Made by a program: the position numbers and the translations under genes
In this document: positions 9,389-18,258 of the stretch, piece after piece
Layout: the number at the start of each line of letters is the position of its first letter
How positions within the stretch are numbered: the first letter of the stretch is position 1
The notes under the pieces: generated by a model
Seen by the model: the letters and a program-made list of their open reading frames with translations, nothing else
What the model was told of the DNA's origin: nothing
Databases searched by the model: none
Source of the DNA: Bdellovibrionota bacterium
Lineage (GTDB): Bacteria; Bdellovibrionota; UBA1018; UBA923
Length of the DNA: 30,597 nucleotides
Assembly (NCBI GenBank): GCA_040754655.1
Contig: JBFMCE010000048.1
Location: 1 to 30,597, forward strand
Reading direction: 5' to 3'

Positions 9389-10466
9389 GGCTCACCCCGC
9401 TCTTCAGGTCGCCGTAAACAAGATAGGCGGGGTTCAAAACCAGTCCAAGCTCGCTCTGCGCGCTTTCGTCTACATATACTCCAAGTAGCCTTCCCGATCC
9501 GCTCAAAGCAGAATCAATCGGCAAGATGAAGATTTCTTGAACCGCATGAGTCGAAGCAACGGCGTAACGGATCGTCTCAGTGCCTGCTCCCAACTCAATG
9601 AGGTGCCTCGGCCCTTCAGGTTCGGCGAATGGCATCCCGGGCAAAGTGCGGATGCGCTCAAGATCGCGGGAAAGCATCCAAATTTCTGAATCCTCAGTGA
9701 CAAGCGATTCCGAGAGAGCGCGCGGAAACTCCCTGATGCTCAAGACGGCCCACGCAGGAACATAGACCTTACGTTGGCCGACTTTCACCGGCAGACAAGG
9801 AACTTCGCCCGCACAAGCGGGAAGGGAGAACAACCAGGCAGACCATTTTCCGGGCTTGCCTTCAAACGACACCCTCACCCCGAGCTTGGCCAGGGCCAAT
9901 CCGCTGAGATCAGAGAGCGGGGGCAAGATCCCGTTGCCATCGCAAATCACCCGCAACTGAAATCCCTTTTCCGACTCTCGCACCTCGAGTTGCATGTATG
10001 CGATGGGTCGTTTCTTGCGGGCGGAGCGTTCTTTCGAAGACTCGATGCTGTACTCGACGAAAACATCGAGCATCTCAAGGAATATGGGCCCGAACCTCTC
10101 GAGCAACCGGCGATCAAGGCGTGCGGCGGAAGGCTTGCACTCGACATTGACGTTTCTTCCGAGTTTTTGCGCTAAAGCCTCGATGCGTTTCTTCGATTCC
10201 TCGAAGAGGGTCGCGCAACTCTCAAGTTTGTCGGTCACGAGCTGTTCGAGCAAGCACTTCGACAGGCTGCCAAAACGATCGATGCCCGTAGACAACTGAT
10301 CGAGCTCTAAGTGCAGGTCTTGCAGCTGAGCAACTCCCAAAGCCTTGATCAAGGCGCTTGAGGCCGAGCCTTCAAGCGTTCGCTCTAGCTTTCTCAGGCT
10401 TTCCGAGAGTTTCTTTCTTTCTGCTACAAGATCACCGCCAAGGGCGATCAGTTCATCTAATGTCAT
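9378..10466 (-). CDS. CheA-derived protein (P3 dimerisation + degenerate P4 HATPase + P5 CheW-like), probable pseudokinase
   Basis: LDELIALGGDLV resembles CheA P3 LDQLMNLVGELV. LAQKLGRNV...LDRRLLE...IESSKER...KKR resembles the start of CheA P4. G1 box CDGNG. C-terminal VKVGQRKVYVPAWAV...GLVLNP is CheW-like. No Hpt domain. Confidence 0.72.
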   Translation of the reverse strand: MTLDELIALGGDLVAERKKLSESLRKLERTLEGSASSALIKALGVAQLQDLHLELDQLSTGIDRFGSLSKCLLEQLVTDKLESCATLFEESKKRIEALAQKLGRNVNVECKPSAARLDRRLLERFGPIFLEMLDVFVEYSIESSKERSARKKRPIAYMQLEVRESEKGFQLRVICDGNGILPPLSDLSGLALAKLGVRVSFEGKPGKWSAWLFSLPACAGEVPCLPVKVGQRKVYVPAWAVLSIREFPRALSESLVTEDSEIWMLSRDLERIRTLPGMPFAEPEGPRHLIELGAGTETIRYAVASTHAVQEIFILPIDSALSGSGRLLGVYVDESAQSELGLVLNPAYLVYGDLKSGVSHAS

Positions 10467-10469
10467 CGC

Positions 10470-11456
10470 CTAACTGAACATCAATAAAAAGTCGTCAAAA
10501 TGGCCTTTGAGTTTGGCCCTCAACCTCAAGATCGCTTGCGTGTGCAACTGCGAAACACGAGATTCAGTCACATCCAAGACCTTCCCGATCTCCTTTAAGT
10601 TCAGGTCTTCGTAGTAGTACAGCGAGAGCACGAGCCTCTGTTTCTCGGGCAGATCCCGGATCGCTTCCGAGATCGTGCGCTTCAAGTGAGCCACGTTCAC
10701 TTCAGAGAAGGGCGTGGGCGACTTGCCGCCCTCAGACAACCCAACGATCGAACGTCGATCCCCTTTCGAGAGATTGTTCAGATCATCGTAGCTCAAGAGA
10801 GAGACGGACCGCACTTGATTCAAGAGGTCATGGTATTCGTCTTGAGTGATCTTGAGTTCTTCGCAAACTTCCTCGTCACTGGCCGGCCTGCCCTTTTCGT
10901 GCTCGATTTTCGCATAAGCCCTCTCAAGCAGTTTCGCCTTCTCGCGAACCGACCGAGGAACCCAGTCCTGAGCACGCAATTCATCGAGAATGGCGCCTCG
11001 GATCCGAAACTCGGCGTACGTCTTGAACTTGTTGTCTCTAGACGGATCGTATTTCTCGATCGCATCCATCAACCCGATCACGCCCGAACTGATCAAGTCG
11101 TCGAGTTCGATGTTCGCAGGAAGCCTTGCCGCAATCTTCTGCGCGATGTACTTGATGAGCGGGGCGTACTCTAAAATGATCTCTTCACGCGTGCCTAGCG
11201 GGGCCCGACCCGTCTTTGCTGAAGTCGCCTCTGCGGCGACTTGAGTCGTCAAGACTTCTTCAAGGTCGAGACCATCGTCGTCGTCAACCGCGCTTTCCGC
11301 CGCTCGTTCGGCCGCCGTGGTCGAAATTTCGACATGGTCGTCATATGCTTCCGTCGCGCCGGCGCTGAAAACCGGATCCAGTTCATTCTCGCTTCTGCCG
11401 TCGACCTCATCCACTAATTTTTGCTGCTGTCGGTACTTGGTGATTCCGTTACTCAT
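10470..11456 (-). CDS. fliA: Flagellar sigma factor FliA (sigma28) with acidic N-terminal extension
   Basis: YAPLIKYIA, DDLISSGVIGLMDAIEKYD, FKTYAEFRIRGAILDELRAQDWVPRS, LSLYYYEDLNLKEIG, TESRVSQLH. ATGA overlap with flhG. Confidence 0.96.
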   Translation of the reverse strand: MSNGITKYRQQQKLVDEVDGRSENELDPVFSAGATEAYDDHVEISTTAAERAAESAVDDDDGLDLEEVLTTQVAAEATSAKTGRAPLGTREEIILEYAPLIKYIAQKIAARLPANIELDDLISSGVIGLMDAIEKYDPSRDNKFKTYAEFRIRGAILDELRAQDWVPRSVREKAKLLERAYAKIEHEKGRPASDEEVCEELKITQDEYHDLLNQVRSVSLLSYDDLNNLSKGDRRSIVGLSEGGKSPTPFSEVNVAHLKRTISEAIRDLPEKQRLVLSLYYYEDLNLKEIGKVLDVTESRVSQLHTQAILRLRAKLKGHFDDFLLMFS

Positions 11457-12328
11457 GCGGTTACCTCATTCAAAAGGGTTCTCCAAAAAAATTGCAGGTT
11501 GCCTGTCAATTCAGCCTTGGCCGGACTTTCAAGCAAAGTTTTCGTGACTACTTCAAAGCAGCGGCTGGCCGCGCTCTCTGGCCATGCCTCACACAACACC
11601 TTGCGCGCTACCACGGATTGGCTCACACGGCGGTCGTCCAGGATGTGACCAAGATACTCAATTTGAATATTGAGGAAACGATCCGAGACGTGCAAAAGAT
11701 GGTTGTACACTCCAAGGGCCTCTTTAGGGGTCTCAACCATGTTCACCAAAAGCTTAAATCGCTTGACCCTGTGCTCTTGGCTCATGACTTTCATCAGCGC
11801 ATAGGCATCTGCGATGCTAGTGGGCTCAGGAGTTGCGACAACAATCACTTCAGTCGCTGCCGAATTCAAATAAGCGACGTCAGAATTGATCCCGGCGCCC
11901 GTGTCGATCAGAAGCACGTCAAACGTGAACGGAGAGGCTTCAAGCTTTTCCATCAAGATCGCTTTGTCGGCCATCGACAGCTGGGTCATCTTGAAGATCC
12001 CGGAAGCAGCCGGAATAAGCCTTACGCCCGAAGGACCGGTCAACACCACGTCACTCATCTCTCTTTCGCCTGAGACGACGTCGTGGATCGTGTTTTTCGC
12101 CTCAAGCCCCATGACGATGTTCAGATTTGCCAACCCGAAATCACCATCAAGAATCAAGACCTGTTGACCGGATTTCTGGAGCATCACGGCTAGATTCGCC
12201 ACGACATTGGTCTTTCCCACTCCCCCCTTGCCGCTCGTGACCGATATCACCCGGGTCGGCCTCAAATTCGTGGGTCTTATCGCAACCCGATTGCTCATGA
12301 TTTTCCGCAATGTTCCAGCCTGGTCCAT
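11453..12328 (-). CDS. flhG: MinD-like ATPase FlhG/FleN
   Basis: N-terminal MDQA motif, SGKGGVGKT, DGDFGLAN, IDTGAGI, TPEPTSIADAY, C-terminal amphipathic FFWRTLL. AAGGAGG SD before the ATG at 12328. Confidence 0.95.
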   Translation of the reverse strand: MDQAGTLRKIMSNRVAIRPTNLRPTRVISVTSGKGGVGKTNVVANLAVMLQKSGQQVLILDGDFGLANLNIVMGLEAKNTIHDVVSGEREMSDVVLTGPSGVRLIPAASGIFKMTQLSMADKAILMEKLEASPFTFDVLLIDTGAGINSDVAYLNSAATEVIVVATPEPTSIADAYALMKVMSQEHRVKRFKLLVNMVETPKEALGVYNHLLHVSDRFLNIQIEYLGHILDDRRVSQSVVARKVLCEAWPESAASRCFEVVTKTLLESPAKAELTGNLQFFWRTLLNEVTA

Positions 12329-12359
12329 CTTTCCTCCTTGATGCTTCTCTTCTGCCAAT

Positions 12360-13874
12360 TTACAAATCCAATATTAAGTCAGCCACGCGCTCACGACTCG
12401 CTGGTTCAAGGTCTTCAGGAACCCTTTGACCTACGGTGAAGTAAGTCAGCGGAGCCCCCGTCTTCACGGCGACATTGTAGATGCATCCGAATGTCGCGCT
12501 CTCGTCGAGCTTGCTGAAAATCAACCCGGTCGGATTGAACACCTTGAAACGCGTGATGATGTCGTAAAGTTCTTGATCGCGGGTGGTAGCGCTCATGATG
12601 AGCAAGGGCCTGATCGCCGCGCACTCAGACAAAAGAGCGCGCATCTGGCTCAAGCTCTCGGCGTCGCGTTGGCTTCGGCCGCTAGTGTCGATCAAAATAA
12701 GGTCAAGAGGCTTGAACTCAGCAAGCGCTCGATCAAGCTCAGCGGAGTTCGAAGCCTGCCTGAAAGGCACATTCAAGATCTTCGCGTAAGTCGCAAGTTG
12801 GTCTAGAGCCGCGACCTTGTAAGAATCGACATTGATAAGGCCTACGCGAAGGTTCTTCTGTAAAATAGCCTGGCTGGCAAGCTTCGCGATGGTCGTGGTC
12901 TTGCCTACCCCGGTGGGGCCGATCAACGCGAACACGCGCTGCTCGCTGCCGGCCTTGAAATTGAGCGGGTCGTCGATCTTCAAGTTCTCCATCATCTCAA
13001 CCGCTAAGGATTCGACGATGCGACTAGAATCCTTGGAAGATTCGCGCGGCAAAGCGAAACTGACTTGTTTGACCAAGGCGGAGGCGTGGCGTTTGTCGAT
13101 GCCGTTGCGCAAAAGGTTTTGGTACTCGACATGCATTTCGTCTGGCTGCGACTCGGTGATCTTTGAATCACTCAGGGCGATCTGCTCGCTTTTGAGTTCT
13201 TCAAGCATGAGCTTAAGTTTCTGAATGTCATCTTGAAGAGCTTCGACCTCGCCATGCGAGACCGCTTGAGCAACAGGCGCGGCTTGATGCGCAGCCGCGC
13301 TCGCCCGGCTTTGAGCGATACGGCTTGATTCATGATCTGCGTGAACCGCCTTAGCTGAAATGCGACCGTTGCGGGAATAACCAGTATCAGACGGGGCAGG
13401 CGCCTGGGCGTCATCATCTTGGATATCGATGTATCGAGGAGGCCTCGAGGCTCGGCCCGATCTTTGATCTGAATTGGCGCTCGCAGACTGGGAATAAGCG
13501 CTTTGTGTTCGCGAAGCGGGCTTAGCTTCTCTTTCACCGGCTTCTTGCTCGTCATCAGGGCCGTTTCCCATGCGATTGCGGTAACGACGGGTGTAATGGC
13601 CCGCGAACTCATCGTAGATCTCAGACTGTTTTGAGGCGGATAATTTACCGATTTTTTCCTTCGTCGCCTCGGGAACGACCTTTTCGGTGATGTTCTTCTT
13701 TGCCAACGCCTTGTCCGTCACCGCCGCGGTCACCTCTACGGAAGCCTTCGACAGAAGGCCAAAACCCTTTCGGTGGTTTTTTGTCGAAAGAATGATCGCT
13801 TCCGGCCCCAACTCGCTTTTCACGAGCTTTAAAGCTTCAGCAATAGTCGTGGCCTCAAATTTCTTAACTTGCAT
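12360..13874 (-). CDS. flhF: SRP-family GTPase FlhF
   Basis: MQVKKFEA...EALKLVKSELGPEAIILS N-terminus, [34 protein letters not shown]. Confidence 0.96.
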   Translation of the reverse strand: MQVKKFEATTIAEALKLVKSELGPEAIILSTKNHRKGFGLLSKASVEVTAAVTDKALAKKNITEKVVPEATKEKIGKLSASKQSEIYDEFAGHYTRRYRNRMGNGPDDEQEAGEREAKPASRTQSAYSQSASANSDQRSGRASRPPRYIDIQDDDAQAPAPSDTGYSRNGRISAKAVHADHESSRIAQSRASAAAHQAAPVAQAVSHGEVEALQDDIQKLKLMLEELKSEQIALSDSKITESQPDEMHVEYQNLLRNGIDKRHASALVKQVSFALPRESSKDSSRIVESLAVEMMENLKIDDPLNFKAGSEQRVFALIGPTGVGKTTTIAKLASQAILQKNLRVGLINVDSYKVAALDQLATYAKILNVPFRQASNSAELDRALAEFKPLDLILIDTSGRSQRDAESLSQMRALLSECAAIRPLLIMSATTRDQELYDIITRFKVFNPTGLIFSKLDESATFGCIYNVAVKTGAPLTYFTVGQRVPEDLEPASRERVADLILDL

Positions 13875-15993
13875 ATCCTAACCTCACAGTCGCAAACGAC
13901 TTCACGGGTATGTTTGATGATATTTCGTTGTGTGACAGAACTACGATGTGCGGGATGAACTTCTCGAGCAATTGCCTTAAGTGCGCACGAATAATGGGAG
14001 AAACGAGCAGAACGGCTTGCGAGTTGATCATCACCATTCTCTCGGCCTGGTTGTTGAGCTCGCGAATCAACGACTGCACGAATTCAGGATCAAGTGAAAG
14101 CTGCGGACCTTGATCGGTTTGAATCAACCCGCCCGCAATCTTCTCTTCAATCGTGCGTTCAAGCGTGAGAAGAGGAAGCTCGCCATCGGTCGTGAGCAAT
14201 TTTTTGGTGATCGATCGGCCCAAGGTGGCCCGAACGTACTCGGTGAGAACCACCGGGTCTTTCGTGTGTATCGCGTGATCGGCCAGGGTTTCAAGGATCG
14301 ACCGCAAATCACGGATGCTCACGCTCTCTTTTAGAAGATTCTGGCAGACCTTGAGTATCGTCCCGATCGAAAGAAGGTTCGGAAGGATTTCTTCAACGAC
14401 TTTCGGTGAGTTCTGCTTCACAACCTCGATCAGGTTCTGAAGCTCTTGCCGTCCCAGCAACTCATGCGCATGCTTGCGGATCAGCTCGGTCAAATGTGTT
14501 GCGATCACAGTCGAGAGATCCACCACCGTGTAACCCAGGTATTGCGCCTGTTCTTTTTGTTTTGTCGTGATCCAGATGGCTGAAAGCCCGAAAGCGGGTT
14601 CCACCGTCGGAATTCCCGGAATCTTTTCAGAGGCATTGCCCGGATCCATCGCTAGCAAGTGATCGACCAAGAGCTCGCCCTGACCGATCACCACGCCCTT
14701 GAGCTGAATGATGTACTCGCCTGGTTTGAGCTGCAGGTTGTCGCGAATGCGCAGCGGAGGGATAATCACTCCCATATCCAGAGCGAACTGTTTACGGATA
14801 TGAGTGATGCGCTCAAGAAGCTCCCCGTTCTGATCCGCGTCCACGATCGAAATCAAACCATAACCCACTTCGAGTTCGAGCACGTCGACTGGAAGAAGCG
14901 TTTCGAGTTTCTCTTTCTGGGGTTTAAGCCTTTCAAGCTCTTCGTGTTGCTTCTTCGCCTGCTCTTGCTCATTTTGCTTCTGGTACAACCTGTAAGCGAT
15001 AGTCCCGGTGCCCAGCGCCAAGATCAGAAAAGGAAGCTTGGGCAATCCGGGAACAGCCGCCATCACGAGCATGACGAACGCAGCAGAACCCATGGCTTTG
15101 GGTTGCGCCAAGAGTTGCACTGAGAGCTCTTTGCCTAGGCTCTCGCCGGAAGCGACACGGGTGATCAGAATACCAGCCGCCGTCGAGACGATAAGCGCAG
15201 GGATCTGCGTCACCAAACCGTCACCAACCGTCAAAAGCGTGTAGATCGATGCCGCCTCTTCAAGCGACTTCCCGCGCTGAAGAGTGCCGACGATGATTCC
15301 ACCGACGATATTCACCAAAGCAATGAGGATACCCGCGATCGCATCACCGCGAACGAACTTGCTGGCGCCGTCCATGGCTCCATAAAAGTCTGCTTCACGG
15401 GCAATTTCTGCCCGTCTGCGCCTTGCTTCTTCATCGTTGATGACGCCTGCGTTCAAATCAGCATCGATGCTCATTTGTTTTCCGGGCATGGCGTCCAAGG
15501 TGAAACGCGCCGCGACTTCAGCGACGCGGCCAGCGCCCTTGGTGATCACGATGAAATTGATGATAACGAGGATGATGAAAACGATGATCCCGACCGCGAA
15601 ATTGCCGCCGACGACGAACTCCCCGAAACTGCGGATGACTTCTCCGGCCGCTCCCACTCCTTCATCAGCGCCTTTAAGCAAGATGAGGCGAGTGCTCGCG
15701 ACGTTGAGGCTTAGCCGGAACAAGGTCACCACGAGCAGAAGACTTGGGAATACGCTGAACTCAAGGGCCTTCTTGGTATAGACCGCCGTCAGAAGCAGAA
15801 CCACGCTGAGTGAAATCGAAAGCGACAGAAGGACGTCGATTAAAAACGCAGGCAGCGGCAACACGAACACCAGCAGTATCGAGACGACTCCTATGGCCAC
15901 GGCCAAATCAGAGTTTCTCGTGGCTCCCATGAGCAATGAAGAGATGCCACCTTGTGTTTTCGGTACTGCTCCGTTTTTTAATGTCTCTGCCAC
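13864..15993 (-). CDS. flhA: Flagellar export gate protein FlhA
   Basis: FRLSLNVASTRLIL, RVAEVAARFTLDAMPGKQMSIDADL, FYGAMDGASKFVRGDAIAG. GTG start. Confidence 0.97.
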   Translation of the reverse strand: MAETLKNGAVPKTQGGISSLLMGATRNSDLAVAIGVVSILLVFVLPLPAFLIDVLLSLSISLSVVLLLTAVYTKKALEFSVFPSLLLVVTLFRLSLNVASTRLILLKGADEGVGAAGEVIRSFGEFVVGGNFAVGIIVFIILVIINFIVITKGAGRVAEVAARFTLDAMPGKQMSIDADLNAGVINDEEARRRRAEIAREADFYGAMDGASKFVRGDAIAGILIALVNIVGGIIVGTLQRGKSLEEAASIYTLLTVGDGLVTQIPALIVSTAAGILITRVASGESLGKELSVQLLAQPKAMGSAAFVMLVMAAVPGLPKLPFLILALGTGTIAYRLYQKQNEQEQAKKQHEELERLKPQKEKLETLLPVDVLELEVGYGLISIVDADQNGELLERITHIRKQFALDMGVIIPPLRIRDNLQLKPGEYIIQLKGVVIGQGELLVDHLLAMDPGNASEKIPGIPTVEPAFGLSAIWITTKQKEQAQYLGYTVVDLSTVIATHLTELIRKHAHELLGRQELQNLIEVVKQNSPKVVEEILPNLLSIGTILKVCQNLLKESVSIRDLRSILETLADHAIHTKDPVVLTEYVRATLGRSITKKLLTTDGELPLLTLERTIEEKIAGGLIQTDQGPQLSLDPEFVQSLIRELNNQAERMVMINSQAVLLVSPIIRAHLRQLLEKFIPHIVVLSHNEISSNIPVKSFATVRLGYAS

Positions 15994-16052
15994 GGATAAA
16001 TCCTTTTATCCTTTTAAAGAGCGTCTACAACTTGACGCTCATCCCAGACCCG

Positions 16053-17174
16053 CTAGGGGCTCGTTCTGGGCCCGTTGCCTTCGCCATTTCTCAGGCTTTT
16101 TCCTTTAATTTTATAAACATAAGCCAAGATTTCAGCCACGGCTTGATACAACGATCGTGGAATCATTTGACCTACTTTCACATATCTATACAAAGTTCGG
16201 GCCAATGGTTTGTTCTCAACCGTCGGAACTCCGTGTTCGCGCCCGATCTTCTTGATCCGCTCGGCAAGAAAATCCGCTCCCTTTGCGACGACTTTGGGCG
16301 CGTACCCCGATGACGGATCATATTGAATCGCCACGGCGATGTGAGTGGGATTGGTCACGATGACATCGGCCTTGGGAATCGCCTTCATCATCCTCTTGCG
16401 CGCGGCCTCTCTCTGAATCGCGCGGATTCGAGCGCGCACTTGCGGGTCCCCTTCGCGCTCTTTCATGTCTTGTTTGGCTTCTTGTTTCGTCATCATGGCC
16501 TGGAGGCGGAATCTTCTCCACTGGATCCAGTAGTCGAAGCCCGATACCGCCAGCAACATCATTCCAACCACGCCAAAAACCCGGGCGGTGGTGGTTCCGA
16601 AGTATGAAAGGATTTGTTTCGTTCCTAGGCCGACGATGCCGGGCACGATGAAAAGTTCTGACTTCAAAACCGCGTATACCGCGCCCACCACCACGACGAA
16701 CTTCAAAAGGGTTTTAAACCCCTCGACAAGGCTCTTGAGCGAAAAGATCCTGCCAAACCCCGAGATTGGGTTCACTCTTTGGAAGTCGGGGCTCAGCGCC
16801 TCAGTCGAGATTAAAAAACCAACCTGAGCGATTGAAGTCACGACACCCAGGACCATGCTTGCAAGGCCTATCGGAAGAACGGTCATCACCAAGAGTCTTC
16901 CGCACTTCGCAGACACTTCAATGAAACTCCTCCAGTTCTCGGCATCGACTTGGCTTACGAGGTCTTTGGTGAAAATCTCTTTCAGAAGTTCAGAGTAATT
17001 CGAAACGAATTTGGCCGAGATGAAATACAACATCCCCATCACGCCTAAGAGCGCGATGCTACCGGTCAGATCTCGGCTCTGCGCGACCTGACCTTTTGAA
17101 CGCAATTCGTCTATCCTGTGCTGGCTCGGTTCTTCTGTTAAATCATCTAGCGACCGCTCTTCATATTCAGCCAC
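16053..17174 (-). CDS. flhB: Flagellar export switch protein FlhB
   Basis: TEEPS..R...R.KGQVAQSRDL, EREGDPQV, autocleavage motif TNPTH, PKVVAKG, VENKPLAR. Confidence 0.97.
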   Translation of the reverse strand: MAEYEERSLDDLTEEPSQHRIDELRSKGQVAQSRDLTGSIALLGVMGMLYFISAKFVSNYSELLKEIFTKDLVSQVDAENWRSFIEVSAKCGRLLVMTVLPIGLASMVLGVVTSIAQVGFLISTEALSPDFQRVNPISGFGRIFSLKSLVEGFKTLLKFVVVVGAVYAVLKSELFIVPGIVGLGTKQILSYFGTTTARVFGVVGMMLLAVSGFDYWIQWRRFRLQAMMTKQEAKQDMKEREGDPQVRARIRAIQREAARKRMMKAIPKADVIVTNPTHIAVAIQYDPSSGYAPKVVAKGADFLAERIKKIGREHGVPTVENKPLARTLYRYVKVGQMIPRSLYQAVAEILAYVYKIKGKSLRNGEGNGPRTSP

Positions 17175-17970
17175 CGAACAACCTCATGAATCGGAAGAGC
17201 TCAGGCATATAAACGTCGAATGTTGAACCCACTAAGCTCAAGAACCCCGGTAAACTCACCAAAACGACAAGCAGCCCCACGAGGATATTCACGCTGAAAC
17301 TAACGGCCAGCACGTTCATGTGCGGAACCGCCCTAGCCATGATTCCCATCGCCAGGTTCAAAAGCAAGATGACCACGAGAATAGGCGCGCAAAGCTTCAC
17401 GCCAAGCAACAAGACCTCGGCGCTCATCTGTATCAGGTACTGCGCCACGCTTTCGGTGTTTGCGAAGAAGTTGATTGCGGCGAGCGGGGCTACCTCAAAG
17501 GACTTGAGGATCGCTGAAAGAAAAACATGATGCCCGTCCATCGAGAGGAAGAGAAGGGCTACGAGAATGTACTGCAACTCAGCCAAGGCGATGTTTTGCG
17601 TCTCGGTGTGAGGGTCGAGAACGGAAGCCATCGAAAAGCCGATCGACGTTCCCGCGACATGCCCGGCGACTTGAACGGCGTCGAAGATCCACCTTGAGAC
17701 AAATCCCACGAGGATGCCGAAACTCACCTCGCTAGTGATCACCCAGATGGTTTGCGACGTAGAGTTGAAGACTTTGTAATCAACACGAACCCCACCTGAC
17801 CAAAGCAGGGGGAAAACGACGAAGGACAAGGCTAAACCGAACAGGATCTTGATGTTCGCCGGAATGGTACGGTCACCCAATAACGGCAGAAAGGCCAGCA
17901 TGCTGCTGACGCGCACCAAGACGAAGAAGAAGGTCAGGACTTGGATCTCATTCCAGCGCAAAAAATTCAC
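17167..17970 (-). CDS. fliR: Flagellar biosynthesis protein FliR
   Basis: Polytopic membrane protein with LVRVS, AG...GTSIGFSMASVLDP, DGHH and ARAVPHMNVL. Lies between fliQ and flhB. Confidence 0.95.
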   Translation of the reverse strand: MNFLRWNEIQVLTFFFVLVRVSSMLAFLPLLGDRTIPANIKILFGLALSFVVFPLLWSGGVRVDYKVFNSTSQTIWVITSEVSFGILVGFVSRWIFDAVQVAGHVAGTSIGFSMASVLDPHTETQNIALAELQYILVALLFLSMDGHHVFLSAILKSFEVAPLAAINFFANTESVAQYLIQMSAEVLLLGVKLCAPILVVILLLNLAMGIMARAVPHMNVLAVSFSVNILVGLLVVLVSLPGFLSLVGSTFDVYMPELFRFMRLFGG

Positions 17971-17979
17971 GTCTTATTT

Positions 17980-18249
17980 TCACCTTACGAATTCAGGGAA
18001 TCTTGTAAACAGCTCCGTCGTGTAATGGGTGATCGTATCGATCATCCACGGCCCGCTTACGATCAACACCACTGATATGGCGGCGAGTTTCGGAACGAAG
18101 GTGAGAGTCGCCTCATTGATCTGAGTGACTGCCTGCAAGAGCGAAACCCCGATACCGATCACCAGAGCCACGATGAGCACCGGCGCAGACAGCAAAGCCG
18201 CTATCTTTATCGCCTCATTTCCCAGGCCCAATATGAATTCTTCGGTCAT
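17980..18249 (-). CDS. fliQ: Flagellar biosynthesis protein FliQ
   Basis: QAVTQINEATLTFVPKL and GPWM motifs; 89 aa. Confidence 0.97.
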   Translation of the reverse strand: MTEEFILGLGNEAIKIAALLSAPVLIVALVIGIGVSLLQAVTQINEATLTFVPKLAAISVVLIVSGPWMIDTITHYTTELFTRFPEFVR

Positions 18250-18258
18250 ACCCCACCC

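Noticed and set aside
9378..10466. cheA pseudogene
   Set aside because: No frameshift or stop, a clean start at a domain boundary and tight coupling to both neighbours argue for a maintained gene, though this is not proven.
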